Source: Camelus dromedarius (Eukaryota). From it: 64,000 nucleotides of DNA. The DNA is taken from contig NC_087437.1 in assembly GCF_036321535.1 (NCBI RefSeq), positions 30,692,001 to 30,756,000 of the forward strand, in the 5' to 3' direction. The translations under genes were made by a program, and so were the position numbers. The notes under the pieces were generated by a model. It made no database searches and had not been told where the DNA came from. It worked only from the letters and a program-made list of their open reading frames with translations. Positions 1-13,876 of the stretch are shown here, piece by piece (position 1 is the stretch's first letter; each line of letters begins with the position of its first letter).

Positions 1-295
1 CAAATAAATTTATTTACAAAAAAGAAACAGACTCAGAGATAGAAAACAGACTTAAGGTTACCAGAGGGGGAAAAGGGGTGGGGACGGGAGTTAGAGATTT
101 GCAGATACTAACTACTATATATAAAACAGATAAACAAGTTTATACTATATAGCACAGGGAACTATATTCAGTATCTTGCAGTAACCTATAATGAAAAAGA
201 ATGAAAAGGAATATATGTAGATACACATATGACTGAAACATGCTGTACACCAGAAATTAACACAACATTGTAAACTGACTATACTTCAATTTTAA
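1..295 (+). mobile_element. L1 3' UTR end (camelid/artiodactyl type), cut by the window edge
   Basis: Motifs gagatttgcagatactaactactatatataaaa, tatagcacagggaactatattca and ttgtaaactgactatacttcaat are shared with other L1 tails in the window (7260-7495, 39160-39408). Confidence 0.9.
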
Positions 296-529
296 CAAAG
301 GTGTCTTGTTCAATTCTCAGCACACATTACACCTTCAACAAAACTAGTTTCTTTCCCTCTTCCTAAATGATATGAGAGCTCAGAAAAAAGCAGCATCTCA
401 AGGCACTGTCAGCAGATTCTGGATCATTGAAAAGTCTACCTCAGGACAATAAAACCACTTCCAAATGTTGAAGGAACTTGAGTTTCTACGCCACCCTATG
501 CAGCATGGCCTAATCCTGGGGTATTCATT

Positions 530-1392
530 CCAGTTCACACACAGATGACTCCAAATGTCAATCTCCAGCACCACCCTCCTCCTTCAGTTTCAGCCTTCAG
601 TTGTATGTACAACTGCCGGGTGCCAGTGCTGGGACATCGAAGAGTCTTAAACATCACGTAAATCTTAGACTTGCTCTGCCCCAGACTCTCTGTCTCAGTA
701 ACTGGCTCCCCTCCATCCCCTAACTGTTTAAGCCCCAAACTAAGACGTCATCGTTGTTTCCCTTCTCCATCCTTCACAAAGCCTGACTCTTCATCTAAAG
801 CACAACTCAAATCCACCATTTCTATCAATATGACAGCCCCATGATCCAAATCCCCCATCATCTCTCTCCTGGATGTCTCAGCATTCCAGTTGACCTCCCT
901 GCTCCCCCAACCCCATAAAATTCTCCATGTCATAGCTAACGTAGTTTTTCTTTTTAAAGGTCAGGTAGACTTTTCAAAATGATCCAACAGCCTCCAAGAT
1001 TATTAATCCCAAACTCTTCGCTACAGCCTACATGATCTCACTCCAGCCTGTCTCCTTACTCCCCCTTCCTATAATCATTGGGCTCCACACAGTCCTCCAG
1101 GCACTCTGCCTCTCTCTCAAATGCTTTCCCTCCACATCTTTCCAGGACTGACTCCTTGAAATTCAGGTTAGGATTAAGTAACCCAGAGGAGTAGGTGCTG
1201 ATGCCTCAATCTGGAGAGGCCTACTGGTTGTCTCTTACTAACACCTATTTACTTCCTTATTTTCTGTCACTGCTCACGAAGATGTAAGCTCTAAGAGAAC
1301 AGAAATGTTTTATTCACTCATGATTCCCTGTGTCTAGAACAGGGCCTGGCACACAGTGGTGATGCCATACATTTTTGTTCATTGCATCAATG
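530..1392 (+). mobile_element. Degenerate L2 LINE, 3' portion
   Basis: L2-like text gactccaaatgtcaatctccagc and catcatctctctcctgga, with the 3' end gatgtaagctctaagag...tctagaacagggcctggcacacagt. Confidence 0.7.
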
Positions 1393-2385
1393 ATTTTGTG
1401 GTTCCCGGTGAACAGACCTAAAAGAGATCCCCAACTCTTTTCTGTTGCCGTGAAAAATAAAGAATATTTTATGGAGAAAAAAAAAAAAACCTGGGGGTTG
1501 ATTTGTTTATCATAGGAACACTGGTTTTTTTTTTTTTAGCATTTAAATCTAAGGTTTGACTAAGCGTCAATACAAATGGTGAGACATGCTAACTATTAAC
1601 TTAAGTGGCAATCAATGTGTTGTTGTGTCTGCTAATAGTGAAGAATATGATTTGAAAGTGTTTCATTAGACCTTTCAGAGTACAGCAGAGTCACCTAGCT
1701 GGCAGGAGAATTCATTCATTCAAAATATTTTATTCTCCCAGAACTCCAAGTTCAATATAAGGAAACTTCCTAAAGCAGTTCATAAGCTGTCTGTGAGATT
1801 TCACCGTATTATAGATGAGGCAGCATTTTTATAGATCCTTCAGTTTTTGTGGTGATTCAGCCCCTCATCTGATATCCACCACCTACATTTGCTTTTTTTC
1901 TGACTCCTGCACTGTACTGAGTCACACAAAGGTAAGGTTCTAACATTACATTTGTATACCATGCATCGTAGGAAAAGGAGAAAAGACTAGAAGGCTTTAT
2001 ACCAAGATGCCAACTACAGTGGTTTCTGGATTACAGGGTTCCAGATGATTCATAATCTTCTTCATTTTCTTGTGTGGTTTCCATTTTCTGCAGTTAACAA
2101 GCAACATTTTTAAAATAAAAAATAACTTTTTTTTAAAATTACCTAATATGCTACTTGACATATGCAACAAAAGCTGAAAAAGAGATTTGAAAATTTTAAA
2201 AATACTAAAATGCTTTCATGTGATGGAGGACAATTTTAGCATTTAAAATATTCTTTCCCAGTTACCACAAAAGCTACTTTAAATTTTTAATTTTGAAGGG
2301 AAACCTATCTGCCTTTTTCTTTAAACTCATTTATCCTAATCCTAAAGCTTGATCCAAATTTATTATTAAAAATTTCACTGATCCA

Positions 2386-2523
2386 GGGCAGGGAGAATAT
2401 AGCTCAGTGGTAGAGCACATGCTTAGCATGCATGAGGTTCTGGGTTCAATTCCCCAGTACCTCCTCTAAGAATAAATATATAAACTTAATTACCTCCCCC
2501 CACCAAAAAAAAAAAAAAAAAAG
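2386..2523 (+). mobile_element. Vic-1-type tRNA-Ala-derived SINE
   Basis: A box tagctcagtggtagag, B box gggttcaattccc and an A tail. Perfect 16-bp TSD aaatttcactgatcca at 2370-2385 and 2524-2539. Confidence 0.92.
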
Positions 2524-4739
2524 AAATTTCACTGATCCATATTTAAGTGACATTTGCCTGACTTAGAGCCACAGCAAAACATAGGATAGAAAACAATTCT
2601 GGTTATTTTGATCAAGTCACAAAAGCAAAGCATTAGACCCACAGTAAATGCCCAACAAACAAACCACAAAACAATCAACAAACTAATCAACAAATCCCGC
2701 TTAAAAACGGGATGACACTCTTGCATGTTAAGTGATTGTATCAGCACCAATGTCATGCTAGCATCACTGCCAAGTTCAAGGTACACTATGTTTAAACATA
2801 ATGCATGCACCAGAAGCTAGGACTTCAGTTGGAAAAAACAAATAAACAAAAAGCACTGAGGCAACAGTATACGTCAACACCCAGGAGATGCACAAGCCTT
2901 CCCAGGACACCTGTTCACCCTGCCCTGGGTCACAACATTCAGTATGGGATTCAACAACCTACAGACCCTCACCCCATAAGGCTGCTTCCCTAAGGATCTA
3001 TTCACAGGAAAATTATTCCCACTCTGTATGCTATTTTGAATTTTTGCAGCTGACTCAGCATTCCAATTGCTACTAAGTGCTGTCATCAGAAATTCTTTTC
3101 CTCTAGCAGAACCAGGCAATTCAGACATCAGAGTTTATCCCCACAATCCAGATCCAAAAGATAAAAAAGCACCAACGAGGCCTCCATCTTCTTTAAATCT
3201 CAGAAAACATTTGCAGCACTGTGAAAGCAGCGTGATTCTAATGATAGAAAAAAACTTTTGATGAATAATGCAAAAGCATCTGTCAGTTTTTAGGAAACAA
3301 TCAGCACTATTGGCCATTTGAACACGTCCGTTCCAGAGGAACAAATAGCCAGAAAGACTCTTCTTTGTTTTTAAGTACTCCACTCAGGAACACAAAAATA
3401 AACAGGGTTCATTTAACTGGAATCATATTTCCAACCAATGTACCCATCCTTCTGCTCTTGAAATGTAAGCTCCTTGAGCCGGCCTGACTCATCTAAAGCA
3501 GCTTTCAGTAATTTCACAGTGCCCATCAGCTCTGTCAGATGGTGGATGTGGCTTGAGAGGGCCGTATCAGCAAATGGTGGTTACTGTGTTGAAAAGAGCT
3601 CTTCTTAGTGACAGAAATATTCCAGCTACCAAAAAGCTGCAAGTGGAAACCCCACAAAACTAGTTAACATGGAGTTATTAGGTATCCCATTTCAACTCAC
3701 CATAGCACACACTATTCCCTACATCTCTCTCAAAACAAAAAAAAAAGCCACCTCTCCTTTAAATCAATTACTGTGCTCTCGTCCAGAATTTGGAATTACT
3801 CAGGGCAACTGGATCAAGTATCTGTTACCATCTAGAGCCATCATCAGATCCATAAACAAATCAGCTGGAAAGCAGTGTATCGCTGGAGACCAAATATTCC
3901 CCAGTCCAAACTGCAGTTCTCATAATACGATTTCCTGCCTTTCTCATCTGTATTCTGAAATGCCTAGGCCTAAGTCAATTTAACCATGTCTCTATGAAGC
4001 CGTGCCCATGTAGGCACTTTAAAATGCTTGATCAAAAGAGATTTCTAAGGACTCTGCTTAAAGGAAGATCTCATAAAAGAAAAAAAAATTCCCTGGTGCA
4101 GTTTATTTAAAATGAGAAAGGCAGGGAAGGAGAGACAGAAAAAGGGAGGAAGGAAGGAGGGAAAGGAAGATGTTCTTCAAGTTTTTATCTGATTTATGGG
4201 GATCTTCTTAGGAAACTAAAGGACACTCTGCACATGACTGATAATATTACTATGAATGCTTCCCTAAATGTGAATGCCCTGACCAATCCCCATTTGAATT
4301 TGTGGTCTTAATAAAAAGCTCGTTTCTAACTGGCCAGATGCCTAGGCTGACCTCCTTGTCCCGTCCCACTTGGAAAACACATCAAAATTCTTTCCTGGAA
4401 AAGAAAAGTCACTTTCACTTCCACTGCTAACACTGCCAATGATGACAAGGAGCTACCATAAAGCGTTATTTATGACTGAGTGTTTCCCCTCCATTGAGTG
4501 TCAAGAACTCTTATCTCTCTTTACCCAACGGTCAGTATTATTGACAAGGCTGGAGGGGAGAAGGGGCAGGAGCTGCAGTGGAACATGAAGAGGGTCACCC
4601 TTGAGGGTGGAGGGGGACTACAGCTCCCTCTTATGTTACCTACTATCCAGATGCCCACCTTCCCAAATATATCATAGTCCAAAAATGGAAATGCTCTAAG
4701 ATGCTGTGTATTTTAAATGTCATAACCTTACTTGTTTTA

Positions 4740-7511
4740 CATTTCTCCAGTGAAGACATACAAATGGCCAATAGGCACAGGAAAAAATGCTCACTAATTA
4801 TCAGAGAAATGCAAATCAAAATCAAAACTACCTTTGTCTGGTTTTGGTATCATAAAAAAAAAAAAAAAGAAAGAAAATTACAGGCCAGTATCACTTATAA
4901 ATATAAGTGCAAAAATCCTCAACAAAATACTAGCAAATCGACTCCAACAATGCATTAAAAGGATCACATAACATGATCAAGTGGGATCTACCCCAGGGAT
5001 GCAAGGATTTTTCAATATTCACAAATTAATTAATGTGTCACACCACATTAACAGACTGAAGAATAAAAACCATCTGATCATCTCAATAGATGCAGAAAAA
5101 GCTTTTGATAAAATTCAACATCCATTTATGATAAAAACTCTCCAGAAAGTGGGCACAGAGGGAACATACCTCAACATAATAAAGGCCATATATGACAAAC
5201 CCACAGCTAACATCATACTCAATAGTGAAAAGCTGAAAGCATTTCTTTAAGATCAGGAACATAGCAAAGATGCCCACTCTCACCACTTTTAGTCAACATA
5301 ATTTTGGAAGTCCTAGTCAAAGCAATCAGAGAAGAAAAAGAAATAAAAGGAATCCAAATTGGAAAAGAAGTAAAACTGTCACTGTTTGCAGATGACATTC
5401 TATACATAGAAAATCCTAAAGACATTACCAGAAAACTACTAGAGCTCATCAATGAATTTGGTAAAATTACATGATACAAAATTAATATACAGAAATTGGT
5501 TGCATTTCTATACACTAACAACAAAATATCAGAAAAATTAAGGAAACAATATCATTTACCATCACATCAAAAAAAATAAAATGCCTAGGAATAAACCCAC
5601 CTAAGGAGGCAAAGGACCTGTACTCCAAAAACTGTAAGATACTGATGAAAGAAATTGAAGACAACACAAACAGACAGAAAGATATACGTGTTCTTGAACT
5701 GGAAGAATCAATATTGTTAGAATGGCCTTAATACCCAAGGCAATATACAGATTCAGTGCAATCCCTATCAAATTACCAATGACATTTTTCACAGAGCTGG
5801 AACAAACAATGTTAAAATCTGTATGGAAACACAAAAGACTCCAAATAGCTAAAACAAGCTGGAGAAAGAAAAATGGAGCTGGAGGAATCACACTCCCTAA
5901 CCTCAGACTATACTACAAAGCAACAGTAATCAAAACAATATGATACTGGCACAAAGGCAGACACATAGATCAATGAAACAGGATAGAAAGTCCAGAAATA
6001 AACCCATGCACTTATTATCAATCTATGATAAAGGAGACAAGAATACACAGTGGAGAAAAGGTAGTCTCTTCAATATGTGGTGCTGGGGAAACTGGACAGC
6101 TCCATGTAAAATAATTAAATTAGAGAATTCTCTAACATATACAAAAATAAATTCAAAGTGGATTAAACACCTAAATGTAAGACCGGATACTATAAAACTC
6201 CTAGAATTAAAAATAGGCAGAACACTCTTTGACATAAATTGCAGCAATATTTTTTTCAAACCAGCTCCTAGAGTAATGGAAACAAAAGCAAAAATAAATA
6301 AATGGGACCTAATTAAACTTAAAGGCTTTTGCACAGCTAAGGATACCATCAACAAAATGAAAAGACAACCGACAGAATGGGAGAAAATATTTTCAAATTA
6401 TGCTACCAACAAGGGACTAATTTCCAAAATATACAAACAGCTCATACAGCTTAATATTAAAAAAGAAAATCAAAAAATGGGCAGAAGACCTAAATAGACA
6501 TCTCTCCAAAGAAGACATCCAGATGGCCAATAGGCATATGAAAAACACTCAACATCGCTGATTGTTAGAGAAATGCAAATCAAAACTACAATGAGGTATC
6601 AACTCTCACCAGTCAGAATGTCCATCATTAAAAAGTCTACAAATAATAAATGCTGGAGGGGATGTTGGGAAAAAGAATCCTCCTACACTGTTGATGAGAA
6701 TGTAAATTGGTGCAGCCACTCTGGAGGACAGTATGGAGGTTCCTTAAAAAACTAAAAATAGACTTAGTATATGATTCAGTAATCCCACTCCTGGGCATAT
6801 ATCCAGAGGAAACCTTAATTCAAATCTAATGGTGGATACATGTCATTATACATTTGTCCAAACCCACAGAATGTATACCACCAAGAGTGAACACTAATGT
6901 AAACTATGGACTTTTAAAAAAGATACATGTACTCCAATGTTCATAGCAGCACTATTTACAATATCCAAGACATGGAAGCAACCTAAATGTCCATTGACAG
7001 ATGACTGGATAAAGAAGATGTGGTATATATAAATACAATGGAATACTATTCAGCAATAAAAATGAATTAAATAATGCCATTTCCAGCAACATGGATGGGC
7101 CTGGAGATCATCATTCAAAGTGAAGTAAGCCAGGACAAGAAAGAAAAACACCATATGGTATTGCTTATATGTGGAATCTAAAATAAAGACACAAATGAAC
7201 TTATTGACAAAACAGAGACTCACAGACATAGAGAACAAATTTAGGGTTACTAGAGGGGGAAGGGGGTGGGAGGGGATAAATTGGGAGTTCGAGATTTGCG
7301 GATACTAACTACTATTTATAAAATAGATAAACGAATTTATACTGTATAACACAGGGAACTATATTCAATATCTTGTAGTAACCTACAATGACAAGGAATA
7401 TATAAACAAATATATATATGTATATGTATGACTGAAACATGATGCTGTACACCAGAAATTGATATAACATTGTAAACTGACTTTACTCTGATAAAAAAGA
7501 ATGCAAAAAAA
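4740..7511 (+). mobile_element. 5'-truncated L1 (disrupted ORF2 RT to C-terminus plus 3'UTR) inserted in an L2 3' end
   Basis: ORF fragments [22 protein letters not shown] (4981-5250), FADD motif near 5385, and [15 protein letters not shown], broken by stops and frameshifts. 16-bp TSD aaccttacttgtttta at 4724-4739 and 7512-7527. Confidence 0.95.
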
Positions 7512-7527
7512 AACCTTACTTGTTTTA

Positions 7528-7652
7528 TTTATTGCCTGTCTCTCCCACTACAATGTAAGTTTCATGAGGTTAAGAATTTTTATCTGTTCTTATTAGTGCT
7601 ATATCCCCCCATACCTGTCAGCAAACAGTCTATAAATAGTTGGTGACTAAAT
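7528..7652 (+). mobile_element. L2 3' end (target of the L1 at 4740-7511)
   Basis: tttattgcctgtctctcccactacaatgtaagtttcatgagg is a typical L2 terminus. Confidence 0.7.
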
Positions 7653-8694
7653 CAAGGCTAAATTAAGGCAGAAACTCCATGCTGATCTGTTCTTAACTCA
7701 AACCATTCTTTAACTTAAGGTAAACATACATTTAGGGGTTATGGGCTGAAGTCCGTGACCTCTCCAAATTCCTTTGAGTTGTCTAACCATATTAATAACT
7801 AAGCCTTCAGCAGCCCTGTAACATTCTACTGTTTATCAACATAGGGCGGTAGGAAATTTGCATTTCATTATCAAATTAACTCTTAAAGTAATTTCACAAA
7901 TCCTTCAGAAACAATCAACCTAATTCCTTGGAAGCCAAACAGCTCAGAGAAAATAGGACATTCATGGCCAGAAAAGGGATGTACAGTAAGTCAAAGAGGC
8001 TGGCCATCTTCCCCTCCCACCCAGAAACCCAGCACCGTGTTGTGCTAGTATGCTGTATCTGCGCTGTAAGCAGAGGCAAACAGCGCGCACTTGTGCCGCC
8101 TACAGATGCCTGGCAAGCAGGAAATACACACTGTCCAGGGTAGCACTGAAAAAGATGAACCTGTTTCCCCCCAAACCACGAGGTCAATAGTGGCAGCACC
8201 CTTCCTCCTTTCCCATAAGGCTCATGGTGGTGAGAGAGGCCAAAACGGTGGGGCAGTAGGTCACCAGGACCAACAGTGGGCAGTGGGGTGTGACTGGGCA
8301 CTGGCAGGAAAATGAGGACTAAATGAAGGCTAAAAGAAGGCACTCTGTATGGGCTTTCTGCCCAGGAGGCAGAGCTGAGGTGGGCTTTGGGCTCCAGAAA
8401 AGAGTCTCGAGAAAACTACTTTCAATCACTTTCAGAACTGCTGCTTAATTGAGTAAGCAGGGCCCAGAAGGTATGAGCAAGCCGACTCAGCCCCTCTACC
8501 AAGAACGGAATCAAACTTCCTGACAGAGAGAAAGAAAGATCACAGAAAGGGAGGGGAGGGGAGGAGCAGGGAGAGACGCTCAAGGACCAACTACGTCTGT
8601 AAACATTGAGTCTCTTTAAATGACAGAGTGGAGCACTGCATATCCAAGTGAGTCTTAAACCATTTCTGTGCTTGTCTGTACAGTTGAAATATGC

Positions 8695-8895
8695 CGCATG
8701 GAGAGAGGGTAGTTCAATAGTAAAAGCAAGGACTGTGGAGGCTGTGGCCCTTGGGCAAGTTACTTAAGTTCCCTGCAATCACTGCCTTCACTATAAAAGG
8801 GCATGATAATGGTATCTGTTTTGTGGGCCTGTTGTGAGGATTAAACGCATTAGGAAAAGTGCTTAGAACAGTACTTGCCGCACAATAATGTCAGA
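8695..8895 (+). mobile_element. MIR SINE
   Basis: MIR core ccttgggcaagttacttaa...gttgtgaggattaaa...aaagtgcttagaacagt. Confidence 0.8.
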
Positions 8896-9547
8896 GACTC
8901 TTGAAGTGCCATTCATTTCATAATTTTAAAAATTAAAATCTTCCAGCTCTATTACCACTTTTTGAACACTCCAACTTCCAAGATGCCTGGTCATAGCTCT
9001 TTTTACACATAGGTATTTCTCAAGCTGTACAGCTTTTATCTTTCTCCATCTGGGCATTTCAGTAAACTTTAAAGGCCGAGAGCAGAGTGTCCAGGGGGGG
9101 GAAAATGCAACCCTTCAGTCAAAGATTCCAGCAGTCTTTGATAATCCAAATCCTTGAGCTTGCTCTCAGAGCACCATGTACACTGTACACTTTCCTTCAA
9201 CACTCAGAACAAAAGATTAAGACTTGATTCTAACCTATCCCCTCTGAAGATTAGAAATGCCCTATCTTATCCCAAAGCAACAACATCAGCTGCGGTGCAT
9301 CTTGTTTTTATGACATGTGCTGCTGCAGAAACGTCTGGTTTGCAGAGTAAATCCTACAGAGATCTATTTGGTCGTTTGAGGCTTTGTGCCTGCAAGCCTA
9401 GAAGCTGCCACCAGAGGAAAAAACAGTCCTAGGGGTAGAGCACTACTTGGAAAACTGATTTTTGAACATCTAATCAATTTTTGCTTTTTCTTAAAAATTG
9501 AACTCATTATTAAAATACTTGCATTGAACGAATCCTACCTAACATAC

Positions 9548-9995
9548 TGTTTAGGTGCTTTGGGCTGCAAGTAAGAGAAAGACCAACTACCAATTGCTTA
9601 AACAATACAGAGGAGTTTTCTTAATCCCACATAGTAAGTTTGAAAGGTAGTAACATGGTTAGTTTCTTTAGAATTCAATAATTCATTATAAATTCCAAGT
9701 TTCCTCCTAAACTGATAGATTACCAAGTATGTAATAGCAGCTCCAGGTATCATGTCCCCTTATTTCACTGAATCATTTTTAATAAGACAGGAAGCTTTCT
9801 CAGAAATACCCTGATGTTCCTCACATCTAATTGGCCAGAATTGTGTCACATGTCCCTACCTATGACCAATTATTCAGAGGAAACTGGAATAACCAATTTG
9901 GTCAAGATGCACCCAGACTGGGCATATGTTCACACTTCCCTTGAATAGGATTAATTTCCGTTAAAAAAAAGGAAGTTGTTGTGTTAGGCAATATT
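9548..9995 (-). mobile_element. Ancient ERVL/MaLR-type solo LTR (MLT1/LTR33-like)
   Basis: ggctgcaagtaagagaaa...tgcttaaacaata and attggccagaattgtgtcacatgtcc motifs. Subfamily uncertain. Confidence 0.55.
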
Positions 9996-11921
9996 AATAT
10001 AACAAATTTAAATCAAGATATAATTCCTAGAAATTTCTTAAACAGGCACATCTAGGTGGGATGTATGTAACTTTTTCAACTTCAACTGAATAGTTAGACT
10101 TAATGTCTCAAAGGCTAAACCCAGGACCCATGCTAGTCCACAAACTGGTTGTGCTGGGTCCAAAATGAGCTAAGTGCAGAAACTGGAAGAATTTAGATAC
10201 TTTTATAACATTTGACAAATTGATTTTATATCTGTTAAATCTAATAAAAATTTGGAACTGGTCTTTTTTATGTGTTGGTTTTTATTTTTAGTAATTGATT
10301 ACTATCATATTTATAAAATTAAGAGCCCATGATGGTCTGAAAATTGAAAAAACAAAATCATTCAACAGAGAATGCCCCATGCAATTTCTCTAACTTTAGT
10401 TTAAGTGTTACAGAATAAACAACTAAAATTTTACCTTTAATTGTCATAACAAATCTCAGCCAGCTGTTTCCACCAACCTGATTAAGGTCTAGAACTTTGA
10501 GAGCTAAATTTGTGGTCTGAACATTGTAAAATGTACTTGAATGTAAAAATTGTGTTAAAAAATAAAAATGGCTAGGACTAATGAGCCCTAGGTCAGGGGA
10601 CCATTACCTGGTTGGCTAGTCAGTTCCAGAAGAGGCTAGACCTTTAACCTTGGCCAGCCCCCAGACACATCAAGTAAAATGGGAATAGCAGAAAGCTGTA
10701 TATGCATTTGACCAGGCCAGCAATACTGGGAAGACATGTTATGTCCTGTTCTAACACAAGATGAGAAAAGTCCTTAGGATAAGCAAAAATGCCATTGTCG
10801 ATAAGGACTGGATGCAAAGTTTGTATCACTTTTTCCTTCAAATGAGAAAATCACCTACATTAAATTAGCACTTTAGCTCTTCTGCTACAGAAAGTGTGTT
10901 TTGTAAACAGTCCCACATCTTAATCACATTTATTTTCTCAGATAGAAATCTCAAAAAGTTAATTCTTGCACCTCTCCATAAAGGACAGGACGGACCTGGA
11001 GTAAATATTGAAGATTAAGAGGTTACCTTTGCCATAATGAGTATACAGCAATAGCACATTTTCATAACCAAAGAACCTCTCCATCTACCTGAGTATGTTT
11101 ATTCAGTAGATTTAAAGCAATCTTTCAACTCTCCAACTGCAGAGATAACATTCTGTCTCAAAATGTATTCAGACTGGGCTATTGCATGGTGTTATTATGA
11201 AATTATTAACATACCATCTTCTTATGAAAAGCTCTCTGACATCCCTGAGAGCACTAACCAGGACATGAAGGAAACAAGAGGCTCAACAGTTAGGAATTCT
11301 AAAGTGATTCTCAAATTGAAGCCTGAGACGAAAGATCATTCTGAGCTTCAGCACATCTGATCGCATTTATCAGTGGGTTATGCTTGCTTTTCCTCATTTA
11401 CTTCCCATTGGTTATCACGGCACAAATGAGTTTTTTAAGGTATTCAATTTTAAGAGTGCAAGTCCAAGTATGTTCCCTAACTACGAAGGCAATTTCAAAT
11501 ATTTAACAAATAGGCTCACTGACAGGTCTCTTTGTAAGGGTTTCCTGCTTTACATCCATACCACTCCAAGACATGCTCCCATGATATTACCCCTTCAGCA
11601 GTTTCCATAGTGAGCTTTAAAAATCCAACGCTGTATCTTCAACCATGCCCAAGTTCTCCCACCAGTACCAGTTCTGACAGAGAGCTAAATTTAAGCCTGA
11701 TAGGAAAGGCAAAACCCCATTTCTCTTCAACTCTGTGACCTATACTTTGGACAGGAAGAACAGCTGCCTTTGCCATCAAAGTTCATCTTTTTTTTCCCCA
11801 AGCAGCCAGCCGTGACTTCATTTTGGACCTTTAGGCTACGATTTTTCTGATTTTCCTCTTTGCGTGTGAATGTTTGTGAAGTCTTGAACTTTGAGCTACC
11901 TCCAACTCTAGAAATGATTTG

Positions 11922-12150
11922 AGGGGGGTGGAGGGTAGGAAGGGATAGACTGGGATTTCAAAATTGTAGAATAGACTACACTGTATAGCACAAGGAAATA
12001 TGCACAAAATGTTATGATAACTCACAGAGAAAAAAATGTGACAATGAGTGTGTATATGTCCATGAATAACTGAAAAGTTGTGCTGAACACTGGAATTTGA
12101 CACAACATTGTAAATTGATTATAAATCAATAAAAAATGTTAAAAAAAAAA
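11922..12150 (+). mobile_element. Short young L1 3' end (camelid type)
   Basis: gggatagactgggatttcaaaattgtaga...ctggaatttgacacaacattgtaaa, then poly(A). 12-bp TSD agaaatgatttg at 11910-11921 and 12151-12162. Confidence 0.92.
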
Positions 12151-12939
12151 AGAAATGATTTGGCAAATTGCCATGTTCATAATCATAAAGCCTCCAGCAT
12201 CCTAGACTATACAAAACCTAACTCTTGTTATTTGGTTAATCTCAAACTCAATGTCCTGCATCATTGCTGTTGGAAAATTTCTATTTTCTGCAAAATCTGC
12301 AAAAAAAAAAAAGGAGAAATTTTTCTATTTTTCCAACATGTCTTTTCTCATACACGTAACTAGAATGAGTAAAATTTCTGAATAAATCAGAGGCTCCTGT
12401 ACAGGCAAATGATTAAAGAGTTTGCCTGCCAAAATATTGGAACAAGATCTGGGAGAAGGTATTAATAAAGGATTATAGCCCTGGACATAATGCAGTTTAA
12501 GTAAATGCAGCTTAAATATATACTATTAGTTTCCACAAAAAAAATAATAAATTAGACTTTAAATGACACATGATTATATTCCATCTCTATATTACAGCAC
12601 TTTAAATAATCTAGATAATTAGTATATATTTATTAAGCAAATGAATACATTTGAAAAACCACAGATATACCACCTAGTTGAAAAGGAAAATTCTCGATGG
12701 CATTAAGCTCCCTATAAATAAACTAGGTACAAAGCAATCACAGTCCTTAATACCAAACACAAAAGCCTGAGTCTATCTGAAGACATCTGAGGGGGCAGGA
12801 AATCAGAAGTGGAGTATCTAAAAGAGTTCCCTGTGTTTTCACCTGGGAGCACTTTGAACACTCCCACCCTGCAAAATGGCAGCCTGCTTTCACAGCCAAT
12901 ACTATCCACATGACCATCCCCGGAGCTCAGCCCAACTTA

Positions 12940-13250
12940 CTCTTGCCCATCAGATTCACTTTCCCAGGAACTTGCAGGAGGGCCTGAGAAACCAGTTTCT
13001 ATCTCTGCTGATGACTTACAGGAGGGATCTAAACCGGAAGTTGTGGAATAGCCGTGTCCTAGCATGCCAAAGCAAAGAAAGGCGATCTGCAAAAATTAAG
13101 AGAATGAGGCAGATGGTGGGGAGAGTCACGGAGATCAGAGCTGGGCATCCTGGGCAGCCTGTGCTCCTAGCTCCAGTCTCTTGTGAAGCCTGGCCACCAG
13201 TGAGGTTCCCTGAGCTGACTCAACATCCAAGATGTCTGCATAATAAAATG
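12940..13250 (+). mobile_element. Ancient ERVL LTR fragment (LTR16-like)
   Basis: cagattcactttcccaggaactt...gagaatgaggcaga...gctccagtctcttgtgaagcc...aataaa resembles LTR16-family text. Confidence 0.4.
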
Positions 13251-13876
13251 GGGCAGGAAGGGTAGAGTAAGAATTAAAGAGAAAGGGTGCCTAGGCTTCC
13301 TTTGAGGGCTCTGGGAGCCACTGAAGGGCTTTAAGCAGAGAGTGACCCATGTTTGGGAATCATCTTTATAAGCACCACCCTGGCTGAGAATGGGTTTGAA
13401 TGGAGCCAGCTTCAGCAAGAAGCTTTCTGTGGTAATTTGACAGCCAATGGTCCCAGGGAAGTATCTGTTGCTAATATGTAACACTGCCTGCTGAGGTAAG
13501 TTAAACAGATGGGCTATTTCTCTTTGAAGGGTTACATTTAATGTAAGATCTCTGAACATTACACGAAAATTCATTCTTTGTCACCACAGCACAATGAACT
13601 CTTAGACTGTTAGTCTAACTCTTCATGAGTAGGTAATTAAATCATTAGGATTAGAGATTTAAGTCACCAGAGAGTTTCCATTATTTAACACTGCTGTATT
13701 TTGGAATCGCCCAGGGAGAGTATCATTCTACTGCTTTCAGCATGATCTCTAACATTCCTTCCTGAGGATTGCAGATCTTTTCCTAAGCCTCTCCAAGTAA
13801 ATGTCAACACATGAATTCATATAGTAATCACATATAGTAACCAATACTTGGTAGTGATACTTTTGCTAATTTCACA

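Noticed and set aside
2391..2465. Possible tRNA-Ala gene (also at 36435 and 56085)
   Set aside because: The A tail, TSDs and conserved non-tRNA 3' segment show these are SINE heads, not tRNA genes.
4981..6755. Reverse-transcriptase-like ORFs as an active or novel RT system (also 51304-52229 and 55259-55877)
   Set aside because: They are fragments of 5'-truncated L1 ORF2 broken by stops and frameshifts, with no promoter, ORF1 or endonuclease domain.
7915..8343. 142-aa ORF and other 100-140-aa ORFs (12876, 13167, 18817, 49114, 57350, 59814)
   Set aside because: No recognisable protein similarity and no splice or codon evidence. Several overlap LTR or L2 remnants, and such lengths are expected by chance.
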